A stretch of 64,000 bases of DNA from Bacteroidales bacterium (GCA_017398125.1 JAFQHE010000007.1:13186-77185); one strand, 5' to 3'; counted from the first letter of the stretch, positions 34,705-45,129 are shown. The notes: generated by a model not told the origin, from the letters alone. A program made the numbers and translations.

Positions 34705-37700
34705 ATGAAAAGAGTCTATTTTTTTACAATATTGTTCATGATATCGCTTCTTATGGGCATTGTCTCTTGTGAGCCGTACGAAGTTGAACAATTGGGTGAC
34801 AAGAATATACCGGAGGGTGAAACAACTCTCTCTGCAAAAGTTACTTTCAACTCTTTTAAAGATGCCTTGATTGGCTCCACCAAAAGTGCCGGTGATGCAA
34901 TCAGGCAGATTGAGGGTTTGGCGCTGATTGTGTACGATAAAGAGGGAAAGTTCTTCCAGTCGCAGTACTTCTCAGCCAGCCAACTTACAATAGAGGATGT
35001 TGAACGCAATCCGTCAGATACAGATGAGAAACAGGATGATGGTACAACAGACAGGAATAATGCTGAGTCCACAACTCCTCAGGCAAAATTCGATTTTACC
35101 ATTCCGTATGGCATTTACAGCATATATGTGGTTGCCAATATGGGTGATATTGCTAATGACAATACTTACAAGAGTCAGATTCAGACTATAGAGGGATTGA
35201 AGAATATCTCTTTCAACTGGGTTCAGGACAATACTGAGAATCCTACCAATATCTCGGAGAATAATCAGATGTTCGGATATTTTACCGCCGGCAGTTCCAA
35301 TACAAATGGGGAGCAGGTTACCATAAACAAGGCCGGACTGGAGTTACATGCCTGGTTGAAGAGAGCTGTTTCAAAGGTAACAGTAGCCTTTAATGGAGAG
35401 GGATTGAATGAAAATATACGCGTTACAGTAAAATCGGTGCAGATAAAGGATATTCCTGTATCATGCCTTCTTGATGCCGATAACATTCCTGATGCCGACA
35501 ATGAAATTCTGGCTGATGGAGAGATTATCTCTTATGCCGATGCACAGGGTGAATTCCCTGTAATTACCAAAGGTGGTGTAATGTTTGGTTCAACTAACTA
35601 TCAGGGTTGGAGGGAGTCTGATGGTACAACTTTCAAGGATTTTGATCCTAAAGGAGAGAATGGCGCTTCTCACCTTGAGAGTTCTCCTGCACTCTATTTT
35701 TATGAGAATCTGCAGGGTAATGTGGAGTCCGGTTCGAGTGCAGACAAGAGTTTGAATAAACTTGAGTATACACAAAAAGGTAAGAAATACGGAACATACA
35801 TTGAGGTAAAGGGATATTATGAAAACCAGAATATGGGTTCTGTATCCTCAGGAGAGATTACCTACCGCTTCATGTTGGGCAAGAATGTAACAACCAATTA
35901 TGATGCTGAGAGAAACCACCACTACAAGGTTACCCTTTGCTTTAAGAACAATGCAAATGATGTTGACTGGAGGATTGACTATAATGAGAATATTGGTATG
36001 TATGTACCACCTGTATACTATATTTCCTATTTGTATAACCAGTCTACACGTCTTCCTTTGAAGCTTGTTCTTGAGGAGGGGGATAAAATAAGCTCAGTAA
36101 AGGTAAAAATAATTGAAAACAACTGGGAACCAAGTGGCGACGTTTCTGTTTTCGGGGAGACATATTATGGACATCCTGGCAAAAATCCAGATTTTTACCA
36201 ATATTATGTTGCTCCTGGAGAGGGTGGTGCTGATGTTGTCGGTTATACAGGACAGGGAAATATAGCTGCGGAGTGGGTTGGATTTCTTTCGCTGGTTGAT
36301 GAGTTTGCTGTCCTTAATGGTGGTAGTCACTATAATAATAATATATCGGTTGATCATGGAATAACAAGTCTTAATAGTTACGTAGGCAGTGAGTTGCCTT
36401 ATAAGCATTGGATTGGTGAATGTGATTGCCCGATGCCTGCAAATTTAGGAGAGAAGGATGATTATTTTGACAATCCGTATCAGTATGGTTTTAATGGTTA
36501 TGGAGACGCAGGATCAAATACGGTTTCAGCATCATTTCACATTCCGTTGTATACAAGAGCAAAACAGTTGTTCAGAGTTACCGGATTTGTGGGAAATAAC
36601 CCATACTATACTCACGACAGGGAGGCAAAGATTAATATAACTGTTACTACGGAAAAGGCTCAATATTCTAAAGATGTGAAAATAATTCAAGTGCGACGAC
36701 TTATCAACCCTAAAGGAATATGGCGTGCATATAATAATGATGACGCATTTAATGTTACACTGATGAACATGACTTTGGAGTCTATGCAGTTAGGATTGTT
36801 TTCTCCTATTGTTTCTGATGGCCCTTGGACTGCAAAGGTAATCAGTGGTCAGGATTGGGTATGCCTGAATGGAGTGCCTGGTAATGTAGTGACCGGAAGC
36901 ACAGGTTCCTATGTTAATTTTTCATATAAGCCTGTAAGCAAACTTACAGATCCAAACCAGTCAAGACATGGAATTATTGAGGTTACCTATCACGACAATT
37001 CTTGTGTCCACAGAATCTTCGTTAGGCAGGGATATGCTCCTACGGCTCTTCAGAATGGCGAGGCCGAGTGGTACTCCTATAATATGAATACCCAAACATC
37101 AATGACATCTTCACCATTGGATGAAGGATCATTGTTCCGATATGGTAAACCTCAGTATCCGATTTCTGAAGCCAATAATCTTAATCCGCTCTTTGATTTT
37201 GCGGAAAACCCAGGCAGCAACAAGTTTGCCATTGAGGGGAGTACGACTTCTATGGCGTGGTCTGAAATTGGAAGTTTGACACGTACATCAGCATTTGAAT
37301 TTTCTGTGAACAATGCAAGATTGCCATATAGAACGGAATACGAGCAGTTGCTTAAGTATGATAATGGATATGGTGTATTATATGGAGACGGTGCTACAGA
37401 AGTGGCAGCAACTTCTACAGACGCATTTGCTTACCGTAAGCATGCTCCTATCGAAGAAGCTGAACTCAAGAAAAGAGGAATGAGAGGAGTTTTTGTGTAC
37501 AATATCGATAACGGAAAAAATATCTTCTTCCCTATAGGCGCTGTAGGTTATGGCCATAGGAAGCATCAGTTTGCAAATGAGGCTTATGGCATCTTAAGGT
37601 ATTCTACTACCAATAGTCCGATTTTGAGTCCGTACAGACCTCTCCTATTTAATCTTGATACGCAATATGGAGCAATTTACTGGACTGCCGGAACTACAGA

Positions 37701-37860
37701 TGGGTATACAGGAGATGGATGGGACATCAACTTCAACCAGTTGGACTTTAATGTATATACTTACAATAATGCATTTGCCAAGGGTGATGATGATATAAAT
37801 GGAAGTGAAGAAGGTTTGGGTGATGCCTGCTACGTCCGTTGCGTTGTAGGAACAAGATAG
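34705..37860 (+). CDS. large pilus-associated tip/adhesin-like lipoprotein
   Basis: 1051-aa ORF with lipobox GIVSC. Last gene of the operon, followed by a strong terminator. Confidence 0.55.
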   Translation: MKRVYFFTILFMISLLMGIVSCEPYEVEQLGDKNIPEGETTLSAKVTFNSFKDALIGSTKSAGDAIRQIEGLALIVYDKEGKFFQSQYFSASQLTIEDVERNPSDTDEKQDDGTTDRNNAESTTPQAKFDFTIPYGIYSIYVVANMGDIANDNTYKSQIQTIEGLKNISFNWVQDNTENPTNISENNQMFGYFTAGSSNTNGEQVTINKAGLELHAWLKRAVSKVTVAFNGEGLNENIRVTVKSVQIKDIPVSCLLDADNIPDADNEILADGEIISYADAQGEFPVITKGGVMFGSTNYQGWRESDGTTFKDFDPKGENGASHLESSPALYFYENLQGNVESGSSADKSLNKLEYTQKGKKYGTYIEVKGYYENQNMGSVSSGEITYRFMLGKNVTTNYDAERNHHYKVTLCFKNNANDVDWRIDYNENIGMYVPPVYYISYLYNQSTRLPLKLVLEEGDKISSVKVKIIENNWEPSGDVSVFGETYYGHPGKNPDFYQYYVAPGEGGADVVGYTGQGNIAAEWVGFLSLVDEFAVLNGGSHYNNNISVDHGITSLNSYVGSELPYKHWIGECDCPMPANLGEKDDYFDNPYQYGFNGYGDAGSNTVSASFHIPLYTRAKQLFRVTGFVGNNPYYTHDREAKINITVTTEKAQYSKDVKIIQVRRLINPKGIWRAYNNDDAFNVTLMNMTLESMQLGLFSPIVSDGPWTAKVISGQDWVCLNGVPGNVVTGSTGSYVNFSYKPVSKLTDPNQSRHGIIEVTYHDNSCVHRIFVRQGYAPTALQNGEAEWYSYNMNTQTSMTSSPLDEGSLFRYGKPQYPISEANNLNPLFDFAENPGSNKFAIEGSTTSMAWSEIGSLTRTSAFEFSVNNARLPYRTEYEQLLKYDNGYGVLYGDGATEVAATSTDAFAYRKHAPIEEAELKKRGMRGVFVYNIDNGKNIFFPIGAVGYGHRKHQFANEAYGILRYSTTNSPILSPYRPLLFNLDTQYGAIYWTAGTTDGYTGDGWDINFNQLDFNVYTYNNAFAKGDDDINGSEEGLGDACYVRCVVGTR

Positions 37861-37894
37861 AGCAAGTCAATAGTGATGCTCTTGACTTTAGGGT

Positions 37895-37928
37895 GTTCCA
37901 GGTGAGGCAGTCTCCTCTTACCTGGAAC
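37895..37928 (+). terminator. intrinsic terminator of the pilus operon
   Basis: gttccaggt...acctggaac long hairpin (inner gagg/cctc pairing) followed by atttctttt. Confidence 0.7.
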
Positions 37929-38078
37929 ATTTCTTTTGGCAATATCATTTTTCTTCTATATACGGCGGCATATAGGTTATAGCTCTGTAATGTCTTTGAA
38001 ATATTACTGGAGACTTACTGGTTTTTACTCAAATCTGTTGTGTGTGGTTGAGTGCAGGTTCTTTCTCAGACTTGCCGA

Positions 38079-38591
38079 TTATTTTAGTGAATTTATTGCA
38101 TTGTTTATGCCGGCTGCTGTCGGTGCTGGGGTGTCGGAGAATGTTGCAGTAACAACACCATCTTTGCAGATGTAGATTCTTGGAATTATGGAACTGGCAA
38201 AGAGTGAGTATATTTCTCTGTCGTTTTGGGCCGAATATGGCATTGTATAGCCATTTTCCTGCCAATAGGCAGATATGCTTTGGGCACTCTCTTCCCTGCT
38301 TATAAAGGCAAATTTCACCCCTTCTCCTGATTGCGAGTCAAAGACCTGCTGCATCTGTGCAAGGGCATTCCTGCAATCCTGACAAGTGGTAGTGAAAAAC
38401 ATGATGCAGGCAATTCCTTTTTCAAGTTCTATCGAGTTGAGTGTGCTGCCGTCATCAATCTCTATTGTGAAAACCGGGATGTGGTCTCCAATCGTTATTT
38501 TGGCATTTTCATCTCCAGTATCATCGTTTATACATCCAAAAAATATGCAGGCTAATGAAAGTATGCAAAGTAACTTTTTCATAAAAGGCAT
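38079..38591 (-). CDS. TlpA/redoxin-like thiol-disulfide oxidoreductase lipoprotein
   Basis: 170-aa ORF with lipobox IFFGC and thioredoxin-fold CxxC motif (TTTCQDC). Confidence 0.75.
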   Translation of the reverse strand: MPFMKKLLCILSLACIFFGCINDDTGDENAKITIGDHIPVFTIEIDDGSTLNSIELEKGIACIMFFTTTCQDCRNALAQMQQVFDSQSGEGVKFAFISREESAQSISAYWQENGYTMPYSAQNDREIYSLFASSIIPRIYICKDGVVTATFSDTPAPTAAGINNAINSLK

Positions 38592-38609
38592 TCTGATACA
38601 GATTTGTTA

Positions 38610-38617
38610 CAAAATTA
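38610..38617 (-). promoter_or_regulatory. candidate -7 box (TAATTTTG) for the redoxin gene
   Basis: Exact TAnnTTTG on the minus strand, about 19 nt upstream of the ATG at 38591. Confidence 0.3.
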
Positions 38618-38701
38618 GCATTTAATGCCCATTCAATGAAAATGGAGTTACTTTTTTTTCATAAATTTACATTCTGAAGTTAATCAAGCTACAGCTGCTT
38701 T

Positions 38702-41200
38702 ATGGACAGAATTACCAAAATTTTTCTTCTTTTCATATCATTATTCTCATGCAGCGCACTTTTTGCAGATGATGATAATGGTATAAGGGTAGACAGTACT
38801 GTCCTCTCTTTCAAAGCAGAGAATTATCTGCAGGATTACAATGCCACTTTGGGTGAACTCTTTGAGTCTTTGCCTGGTTTTGATCTCCAGAATAATGGTA
38901 CGCTATATGTGTCGGGCCAGCCGGTCACAAAAATCACTATAGGTGGTCAAGATTTTTTCTTCAATGACATATCAAAGGCAATCATGAATTTTCCAGCGAA
39001 GGCGGTCAGGAGTATTATGGTTTTTGACCGTCTTTCGTCACGTGAAACTGATCTGCATATCCCGGATATGGACAAACCAGAAAAGAAGATAAACATTTCC
39101 CTTGCCGATGATTCAAAAGGGGGAGACTGGGGGTTGTTGAGACTTGATGGTGGTGGCGTACTCGCAGACGGTAATAAATTTGACAAGGAGTTTGATATTC
39201 CGGAGGGCAAATCCATTGGTATGGGCAGAGGATTTTTGTACAATGGTGGAATATTGTTGTCGGGAGGAAAAAATATGGATCATGTGGCTGTTGTGGCAGA
39301 TGCTTCAAATGATATTTTGGATGAAGAGGGCATACGCAAGGAGTATAACGGTGGCCTCAATTTTCACACATATGCAATCAGAAACCACATGCTCAAATTG
39401 AGCGGAAGCTATAACTCTTCCATCCTTGAAGCAGATCGGATAGCCTCCCGACAGACCTTTACCGGCACCTCCCAATTCCTCTCATCATCATTTGATGAAG
39501 GTCTTGAAGAAAATGGTCTGTTTGAAGTTAAGGCAGAGTTCTCAAAGGCGGTAACAGGCAAATTCTACTATGAAATGACTCCATATTTTTCATACTGCAA
39601 TGAGGAGTCACAGACCAGTTCATTTTCTGAAACTTTCTCCGGATCGCAGCAGTTGAATGCTTCTCAAAACAATACTTTCTTCAAGAACAGACGTGCATAT
39701 CACACAACTAATTTTTACCTGACATACAGCAATTTCGGAAAATTGGGCAGGGTGGTGCTGCTTGATGTGAACTACTATATTCAGAAAGATAATTGGAACA
39801 GCGTAGAGTCTTCAAATCTTCAAATGTACAATAAATCTGCCGGTGACCTTTATTCCAGCATTGAATATGATGGAAGAGGAAGCAGTAACGGTTTTGATGC
39901 CTATCTTACATACGTTGAACCGCTCAATGAAAATTGGAGTGTAAATGCAAAACTTGCTGCAGAGTATATTGTATCGAGCGACGATGAGCTGGCATATGAA
40001 TTTGCTCAATATAATCCGGCATATTCGTCAAATGTCAAAAATGTCAATTTTGTAACCCAGGCAAGGGCGCTAGCCCAATACCGCCTCAATTCAATGATAC
40101 TGCAGTTTGGCGGTCAGGTTCAGGCTGCAAAAAGTGAGGTCTTCAGTGAAATGTCAGGTATCAGAAGTGAAGTGGGTGCCGATGACTATCTTTGGGATTG
40201 GTCTCCCTTTTTAAATTTTAAGATGACGGGGGCTAAAGGCCGTTCAATAATGGTAAATTATTCGGGCGAAAGATCATCTTTGCACTCTTCGTTGCTTGCA
40301 ACGGCTCCAGATTTGTCTGACCCTTTGCATGTAAGATTCGGCAATGTCTATCTGAGACCTGGTTTCAGCAATAACATCAATTTTTACTACAATTTTTACA
40401 GCAAGAAGAAATTCAATCTTATGTATCTGAATTTCAATATAGAACGTAAGCGGCGTGCAGTTGTGGATGCTACATGGTTTGATACTGGAGGTCTCCAGTA
40501 TTCTGTGCCGGTAAATTCAAAGAAGGTTGCACGGAAATTCTCCTTGGAATACAGCTTCAACAATATTCCTTTGGACCGCGGTCGTAATCTTGTGCTTAAC
40601 CTTTCATTGGCAGCTTCTCATGGGGTAAATTACGGCTATCAGGCAAATGGGAGAAGTATGGAGATAGATCTTGAAAATTTTGATTATGCCTCATTCATGA
40701 AGAGTTTCTGGGGAGATAATGCCAGTGGCAGGGATTTCTACAATGGAACTACCGGTTTTTCTGAAAGCAAATCAAGGGTGTTGTCGGTAGAGTGGGATAT
40801 AAATTGTGAATACACATTGGGAAGATTTGACTTTACACTCGGTACCGGGGCCCAAAGGTATCTCACTAAATATACACTTGATCCTGATGCAAATATAAAT
40901 ACATGGGATTATGGTGCATATATAAATTGGGAGTATCAGAGTATGAGCGGGTACAAATTTGAAACAGATCTTGACTATAAATTATATGAAGGATACCCGA
41001 CAGGCTTTGGCAAAAACTCTTTTGTATGGAACGTGAAGGCTATGAAGAGAGTAGGCAAGTTTATATTGAAAGCCACAATTTATGATCTTCTTGATGAATC
41101 AAGGGCAATGCACCGCACAATTACTGAGAGTTATGTTGAGGACAGCTACTCATCTTCACTTGGCCGGCGTTTCATTTTAGGTGTAGCCTACAACTTTTAA
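38702..41200 (+). CDS. large outer-membrane beta-barrel protein (TonB-dependent-receptor-like family)
   Basis: 832-aa ORF with signal peptide. Alternating beta-strand pattern rich in Y/N/S/G; C-terminal GVAYNF with terminal Phe. Confidence 0.6.
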   Translation: MDRITKIFLLFISLFSCSALFADDDNGIRVDSTVLSFKAENYLQDYNATLGELFESLPGFDLQNNGTLYVSGQPVTKITIGGQDFFFNDISKAIMNFPAKAVRSIMVFDRLSSRETDLHIPDMDKPEKKINISLADDSKGGDWGLLRLDGGGVLADGNKFDKEFDIPEGKSIGMGRGFLYNGGILLSGGKNMDHVAVVADASNDILDEEGIRKEYNGGLNFHTYAIRNHMLKLSGSYNSSILEADRIASRQTFTGTSQFLSSSFDEGLEENGLFEVKAEFSKAVTGKFYYEMTPYFSYCNEESQTSSFSETFSGSQQLNASQNNTFFKNRRAYHTTNFYLTYSNFGKLGRVVLLDVNYYIQKDNWNSVESSNLQMYNKSAGDLYSSIEYDGRGSSNGFDAYLTYVEPLNENWSVNAKLAAEYIVSSDDELAYEFAQYNPAYSSNVKNVNFVTQARALAQYRLNSMILQFGGQVQAAKSEVFSEMSGIRSEVGADDYLWDWSPFLNFKMTGAKGRSIMVNYSGERSSLHSSLLATAPDLSDPLHVRFGNVYLRPGFSNNINFYYNFYSKKKFNLMYLNFNIERKRRAVVDATWFDTGGLQYSVPVNSKKVARKFSLEYSFNNIPLDRGRNLVLNLSLAASHGVNYGYQANGRSMEIDLENFDYASFMKSFWGDNASGRDFYNGTTGFSESKSRVLSVEWDINCEYTLGRFDFTLGTGAQRYLTKYTLDPDANINTWDYGAYINWEYQSMSGYKFETDLDYKLYEGYPTGFGKNSFVWNVKAMKRVGKFILKATIYDLLDESRAMHRTITESYVEDSYSSSLGRRFILGVAYNF

Positions 41201-41274
41201 CCGAACAAATTTACCTGTTGATTGTTTTAGTTTTAGTCGGACACGCGGAGTAATGGAGGTTTTGGAAAAGAAAA

Positions 41275-41300
41275 AGTCCTTCTGTTTCAGCAGAAGGACT
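41275..41300 (-). terminator. intrinsic terminator downstream of tRNA-Leu (may also serve the plus-strand OM gene)
   Basis: agtccttctg-tttcag-cagaaggact forms a perfect 10-bp stem. On the minus strand it is followed by ctttttctttt. Confidence 0.7.
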
Positions 41301-41304
41301 CACG

Positions 41305-41388
41305 TGCCCAGAACAAGACTCGAACTTGCACACCGATACCGGCACCACCCCCTCAAAGTGGCGTGTCTACCAATTTCACCATCTGGGC
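41305..41388 (-). tRNA. tRNA-Leu (anticodon GAG)
   Basis: The reverse complement reads GCCCAGATGGTGAAATTGGTAGACACG-CCACT-TTGAGGG-GGTGG-long variable arm-GCAAGTTCGAGTCTTGT-TCTGGGCA. The 7-bp acceptor stem pairs perfectly, a TTCGAGT T-loop is present, the length is 84 nt, and CCA is not encoded. Confidence 0.9.
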
Positions 41389-41395
41389 GGGAGTG

Positions 41396-41403
41396 CAAAT
41401 ATA
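41396..41403 (-). promoter_or_regulatory. candidate -7 box (TATATTTG) for tRNA-Leu
   Basis: Exact TAnnTTTG on the minus strand, ending 7 nt upstream of the tRNA 5' end. Confidence 0.45.
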
Positions 41404-41489
41404 GTAGTTTTTTATTAATCGCAAGCATATTTTTTTGTATCTTCGTAAATTATTTGAAGTAAATTATACAAAATACATTATTCAGGCTT

Positions 41490-42248
41490 ATGGTTGAGAT
41501 ATATGGACAACAGATTGCAGAACTTGATGACCTTGTTGACATCAGTGATGTTCTTGCTAAAGACAGCAATTTTCAGAAAGGTTTGAAAAAATATGTAGCT
41601 AATCCTTATGATGCAGATATTGAGCGTGTTGCAAAAGGTGTCTTTACAGTTGCAGTGAGCAAATCTGAGTCGCCTTCGCTTGATAAGTATGATGAAACTG
41701 TAGCAGTTACAAGAGCCAACAATGAAGTTGTAATCAAATTGGCATGTGTAGGTGCAAGGTATCTGACCATAAAGAATTCAGATGACAGGAGAATAAATGC
41801 ACTGGGCCTTATAAAGTCCAAGAAAAATATTACTCCAATGGCTTTCGATTGTAAAGGCGATACAATCTATCTTGTGGGTAGTATGGAATCCGGCGAAAAT
41901 TTCAATGCCAACCATTTGAATACTTTGGTGAGAGCTATTGAGGATGAACTTGTCACAAGTGCCCATTATATCTCTTCAAACGGACTCTTCCTCTCTTTGT
42001 TGGAGTGCTGTACACCTAACGAATTGGGCTTTGACATAACTGGTGATGCTGAGATTGAAGATAAGGAGTTCCTCTTTGGTGAGAGCAGATATATGGCAAT
42101 AGTCACTGTAAATGATTCGCAGGAGAATGATTTTGTAGATCATCTCTTCAATAATGATGTTCCTGTTACGCTTTTGGGCCATGTGACAAAGGGTGAGATG
42201 AGGCTTGATGAACTCTCATTCGGAAGTGTCTCTGATTATGTTCTGTAG
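41490..42248 (+). CDS. stand-alone AIR-synthase-related C-terminal-domain-like protein (PurL/PurM-like)
   Basis: 252-aa ORF. GDTIYLVGS, VTSAHYISSNGLFLSLLEC, LFGESRYMAIVTV and VPVTLLGHVTKG resemble the AIRS_C domain of FGAM synthase. No N-terminal ATP-binding domain seen. Confidence 0.45.
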   Translation: MVEIYGQQIAELDDLVDISDVLAKDSNFQKGLKKYVANPYDADIERVAKGVFTVAVSKSESPSLDKYDETVAVTRANNEVVIKLACVGARYLTIKNSDDRRINALGLIKSKKNITPMAFDCKGDTIYLVGSMESGENFNANHLNTLVRAIEDELVTSAHYISSNGLFLSLLECCTPNELGFDITGDAEIEDKEFLFGESRYMAIVTVNDSQENDFVDHLFNNDVPVTLLGHVTKGEMRLDELSFGSVSDYVL

Positions 42249-42285
42249 TTTCTTCCTATAAGGCTCCTCTATAATTTTTAATATC

Positions 42286-43770
42286 ATGTGGCAAGGCACC
42301 TTCTGGCAGATATTATCAGCAGTACTGTATCTTATGAATATGGTACTTGCTGTTTTTATATCTACCAATCTGATACTCAGAAAGCAAGATCCTGTCAAGA
42401 CACTTGCGTGGGTTATGGTGGTCATGCTTCTGCCATATTTTGGTGTTATATGTTACCTGCTTTTCGGCCAAAATTACAGAAAACAGAAAATTTTCAGCAG
42501 AAAAGGAATTGCTGACTATAAGCTCAGACGAGACGCGAGTATAAACCAGCTCCAACTTATAAAGAAGAATCCACAGCTGTTGGGAAGTGAGTTGCTTCCT
42601 TTCAGAAAACTCATATACCAGAATCTCAAGAACAGTTATACCCTTATAGAGGATAACGAGCAGATGGAGTTCTATTTTACTGGAAAAGAGGCATTGGATG
42701 CAATGTATCACTCAATAGAGGAGGCTGCCCATCATATCCATTTGCAATCATACATCTTTGAAGAAGACCGCACAGGAGAGTATTTTAAGGATCTTCTCAT
42801 AAAAAAGGCAACTCAAGGTGTAGAGGTTAAGGTAATGGTTGACGGCGTCGGCAGTTTTTTCCTCAAGGACCCGATAATAAATGAAATGAGGAGTGCCGGT
42901 GTCGAGGTTATAATCTTCTCTCCATTGAGACTTATCATGCCATTTTCTAAAATCAACTACAGAAACCACCGCAAGATCCTTATTGTTGATGGCAAAAGGG
43001 CATTTATAGGGGGTGTGAATATTGCAGACCGCTACTATTACGGAACAGCTGCAGGTGAGTGGCACGATACCCATATACAGGTTAAGGGCGAGTCTGTCTT
43101 CTCTTTGCAGGCCTGTTTCCTTATGGACAGAATATTTGCTCTCAACCGAAGAAAATTAAGATTCAAGAGAAAGTATTATCCGCCTATAGAGATAAATAAT
43201 GAGAGACTCATAAAGGGGCAGCATCTCTATTCTCAAATCATATCAAGCGGTCCCGACAGTGACTGGTCAAGCATCATGCAGTGCTATTTCAGTGCAATAA
43301 CCGCTGCAACTGACCATATCTATATTGTAACCCCATACTTCACTCCATGTGAAACAATTCTCAATGCAATAAAGATTGCAGCTCTGGCAGATGTAGATGT
43401 GAGGATAATGCTTCCAGAAAAATCTGATACAAAAATTGCACATTGGAGTACAATGTCCTATATTGCGGAACTTTTGGAGGCAGGTGTAAAAATCTATCTC
43501 TTCAAGAAGGGGTTCAACCACTCGAAAGTTATAAGCATAGATGGCAAAATGAGCATCGTAGGATCTGCCAATATGGATGTAAGGAGTTTTGAGCATAATT
43601 TTGAAGTTATGGCTGTAATATACAATAGTGACTGTGCAGGAATAATTGAGGGGCAGTTTATGGAGAATATAAAATCATGTCGGGAGGTCTATCAAGGTAA
43701 TTGGGCCAGAAGGAGTGTTGCCGACAAGATAAAGGAGAGCTTTGCCCGTCTGTGGAGTCCGCTGTTGTGA
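42286..43770 (+). CDS. cls: cardiolipin synthase (phospholipase D superfamily)
   Basis: 494-aa ORF with two N-terminal TM helices and two HKD motifs (NHRKILIVDG and NHSKVISIDG). Confidence 0.9.
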   Translation: MWQGTFWQILSAVLYLMNMVLAVFISTNLILRKQDPVKTLAWVMVVMLLPYFGVICYLLFGQNYRKQKIFSRKGIADYKLRRDASINQLQLIKKNPQLLGSELLPFRKLIYQNLKNSYTLIEDNEQMEFYFTGKEALDAMYHSIEEAAHHIHLQSYIFEEDRTGEYFKDLLIKKATQGVEVKVMVDGVGSFFLKDPIINEMRSAGVEVIIFSPLRLIMPFSKINYRNHRKILIVDGKRAFIGGVNIADRYYYGTAAGEWHDTHIQVKGESVFSLQACFLMDRIFALNRRKLRFKRKYYPPIEINNERLIKGQHLYSQIISSGPDSDWSSIMQCYFSAITAATDHIYIVTPYFTPCETILNAIKIAALADVDVRIMLPEKSDTKIAHWSTMSYIAELLEAGVKIYLFKKGFNHSKVISIDGKMSIVGSANMDVRSFEHNFEVMAVIYNSDCAGIIEGQFMENIKSCREVYQGNWARRSVADKIKESFARLWSPLL

Positions 43771-43842
43771 TCTCCCCGGCGCAGGTTGCAGCTATCTCTT
43801 TTTTGAAAACGAATAATATCTAAATATAAAAACTAATGTACT

Positions 43843-45129
43843 ATGGAAAGTAAAAAAAGTTATGCATTGCCAATCGCAATGATGTTCGCTCTCTTTTTTA
43901 TGATTGCGTTTGTTACAGGATTGCAGAATCCGATGGGTGTTATTATCAAGTCTCAGTTTGGAGCCAGCAACGTGGTTTCACAATTGGGTAATTTTGCCAA
44001 TTTCATCGCTTATGCCTTCATGGGTATTCCTGCTGGTATGCTTTTGAGCAAGATCGGTTACAAAAAGACTGCACTTACTGCAATTACAGTGGGATTTATA
44101 GGTGTTGGAGTAACTTATTTGTCGGGATTGATGGGTAATTCAGGTGCCGGAAATAATGCAATATTCTCCGTTTATCTTTTGGGTGCGCTTGTTTCAGGCT
44201 TCTCAATGTGTATGTTGAATACCGTTGTAAACCCTATGTTGAATACACTTGGTGGTGGTGGCAATAAGGGTAACCAGCTTATCCAGTTAGGCGGTTCTTG
44301 CAACTCGATTGGTGCAACAATAGTGCCTGTTCTTGTGGGTTATCTTATGGGTGATGTTTCACAAGCAACCATTTCTGATGCAGCTCCTGCTATGTGGATA
44401 GCAATGGGAATCTTTGCTTTGGCATTCCTTGTGCTTTCATCAATGTCAATTCCTGAGCCTTATATTGAGAAGGAGCAGAAAGTTGAAAAGGGCAAATACA
44501 GCGCATGGAGTTTCCGCCACTTTGTTTTGGGTGTTGTTGCAATTTTTATCTATGTTGGTGTAGAGGTTGGTATTCCCAATATTGCCAATCTGTTTATGAC
44601 CAATGAGTTGGGAATTGCCCCTTCAGAGGCAGGTACAATTGTTGGAACATATTGGTTCCTTATGCTTATTGGCCGTCTTATTGGTGGTGCTGTCGGTGCA
44701 AAAGTATCGAGCCGTGCAATGCTTTCTGCTGTATCTGTAATCGGACTTGTATTTGTTCTTGTGGGAATGTTTGCGCCTCTTTCAACAAAAATCATGATGC
44801 CGGTATTCCAGAGCGATATATCATTCGGAATGGTTGAGGTTCCAATTTCTATCACATTCTTCATCCTTTGCGGATTGTGTACATCAGTAATGTGGGGTGG
44901 TATATTCAACCTTGCAGTTGAGGGTCTTGGAAAATATACTGCTGCAGCATCTGGTATCTTTATGATGATGGTTTGCGGTGGCGGTATCCTTCCTGTAATC
45001 CAGGGTTGGATTGCCGATATGACAAGCTTCATGTCAAGTTATTGGGTAATCTTTGGCGGTATGCTTTATTTCTTGTTCTACGCTTTGGTGGGTTCAAGAA
45101 ATGTCAACAAAGATATTCCTACAGAGTAA
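43843..45129 (+). CDS. MFS sugar transporter (glucose/galactose-fucose permease type)
   Basis: 428-aa ORF with about 12 hydrophobic helices. Directly upstream of a ROK sugar kinase. Confidence 0.7.
   Translation: MESKKSYALPIAMMFALFFMIAFVTGLQNPMGVIIKSQFGASNVVSQLGNFANFIAYAFMGIPAGMLLSKIGYKKTALTAITVGFIGVGVTYLSGLMGNSGAGNNAIFSVYLLGALVSGFSMCMLNTVVNPMLNTLGGGGNKGNQLIQLGGSCNSIGATIVPVLVGYLMGDVSQATISDAAPAMWIAMGIFALAFLVLSSMSIPEPYIEKEQKVEKGKYSAWSFRHFVLGVVAIFIYVGVEVGIPNIANLFMTNELGIAPSEAGTIVGTYWFLMLIGRLIGGAVGAKVSSRAMLSAVSVIGLVFVLVGMFAPLSTKIMMPVFQSDISFGMVEVPISITFFILCGLCTSVMWGGIFNLAVEGLGKYTAAASGIFMMMVCGGGILPVIQGWIADMTSFMSSYWVIFGGMLYFLFYALVGSRNVNKDIPTE

Noticed and set aside
41253-41462. 69-aa plus-strand ORF
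   Set aside because: It is fully explained by the minus-strand tRNA-Leu(GAG) with its promoter and terminator, so the ORF is an artefact of reading through the tRNA gene.
44550-45032. 160-aa minus-strand ORF inside the MFS transporter gene
   Set aside because: It is antisense to a 12-helix transporter. The Pro/Ile/Thr-rich translation is typical of the reverse frame of a hydrophobic protein.
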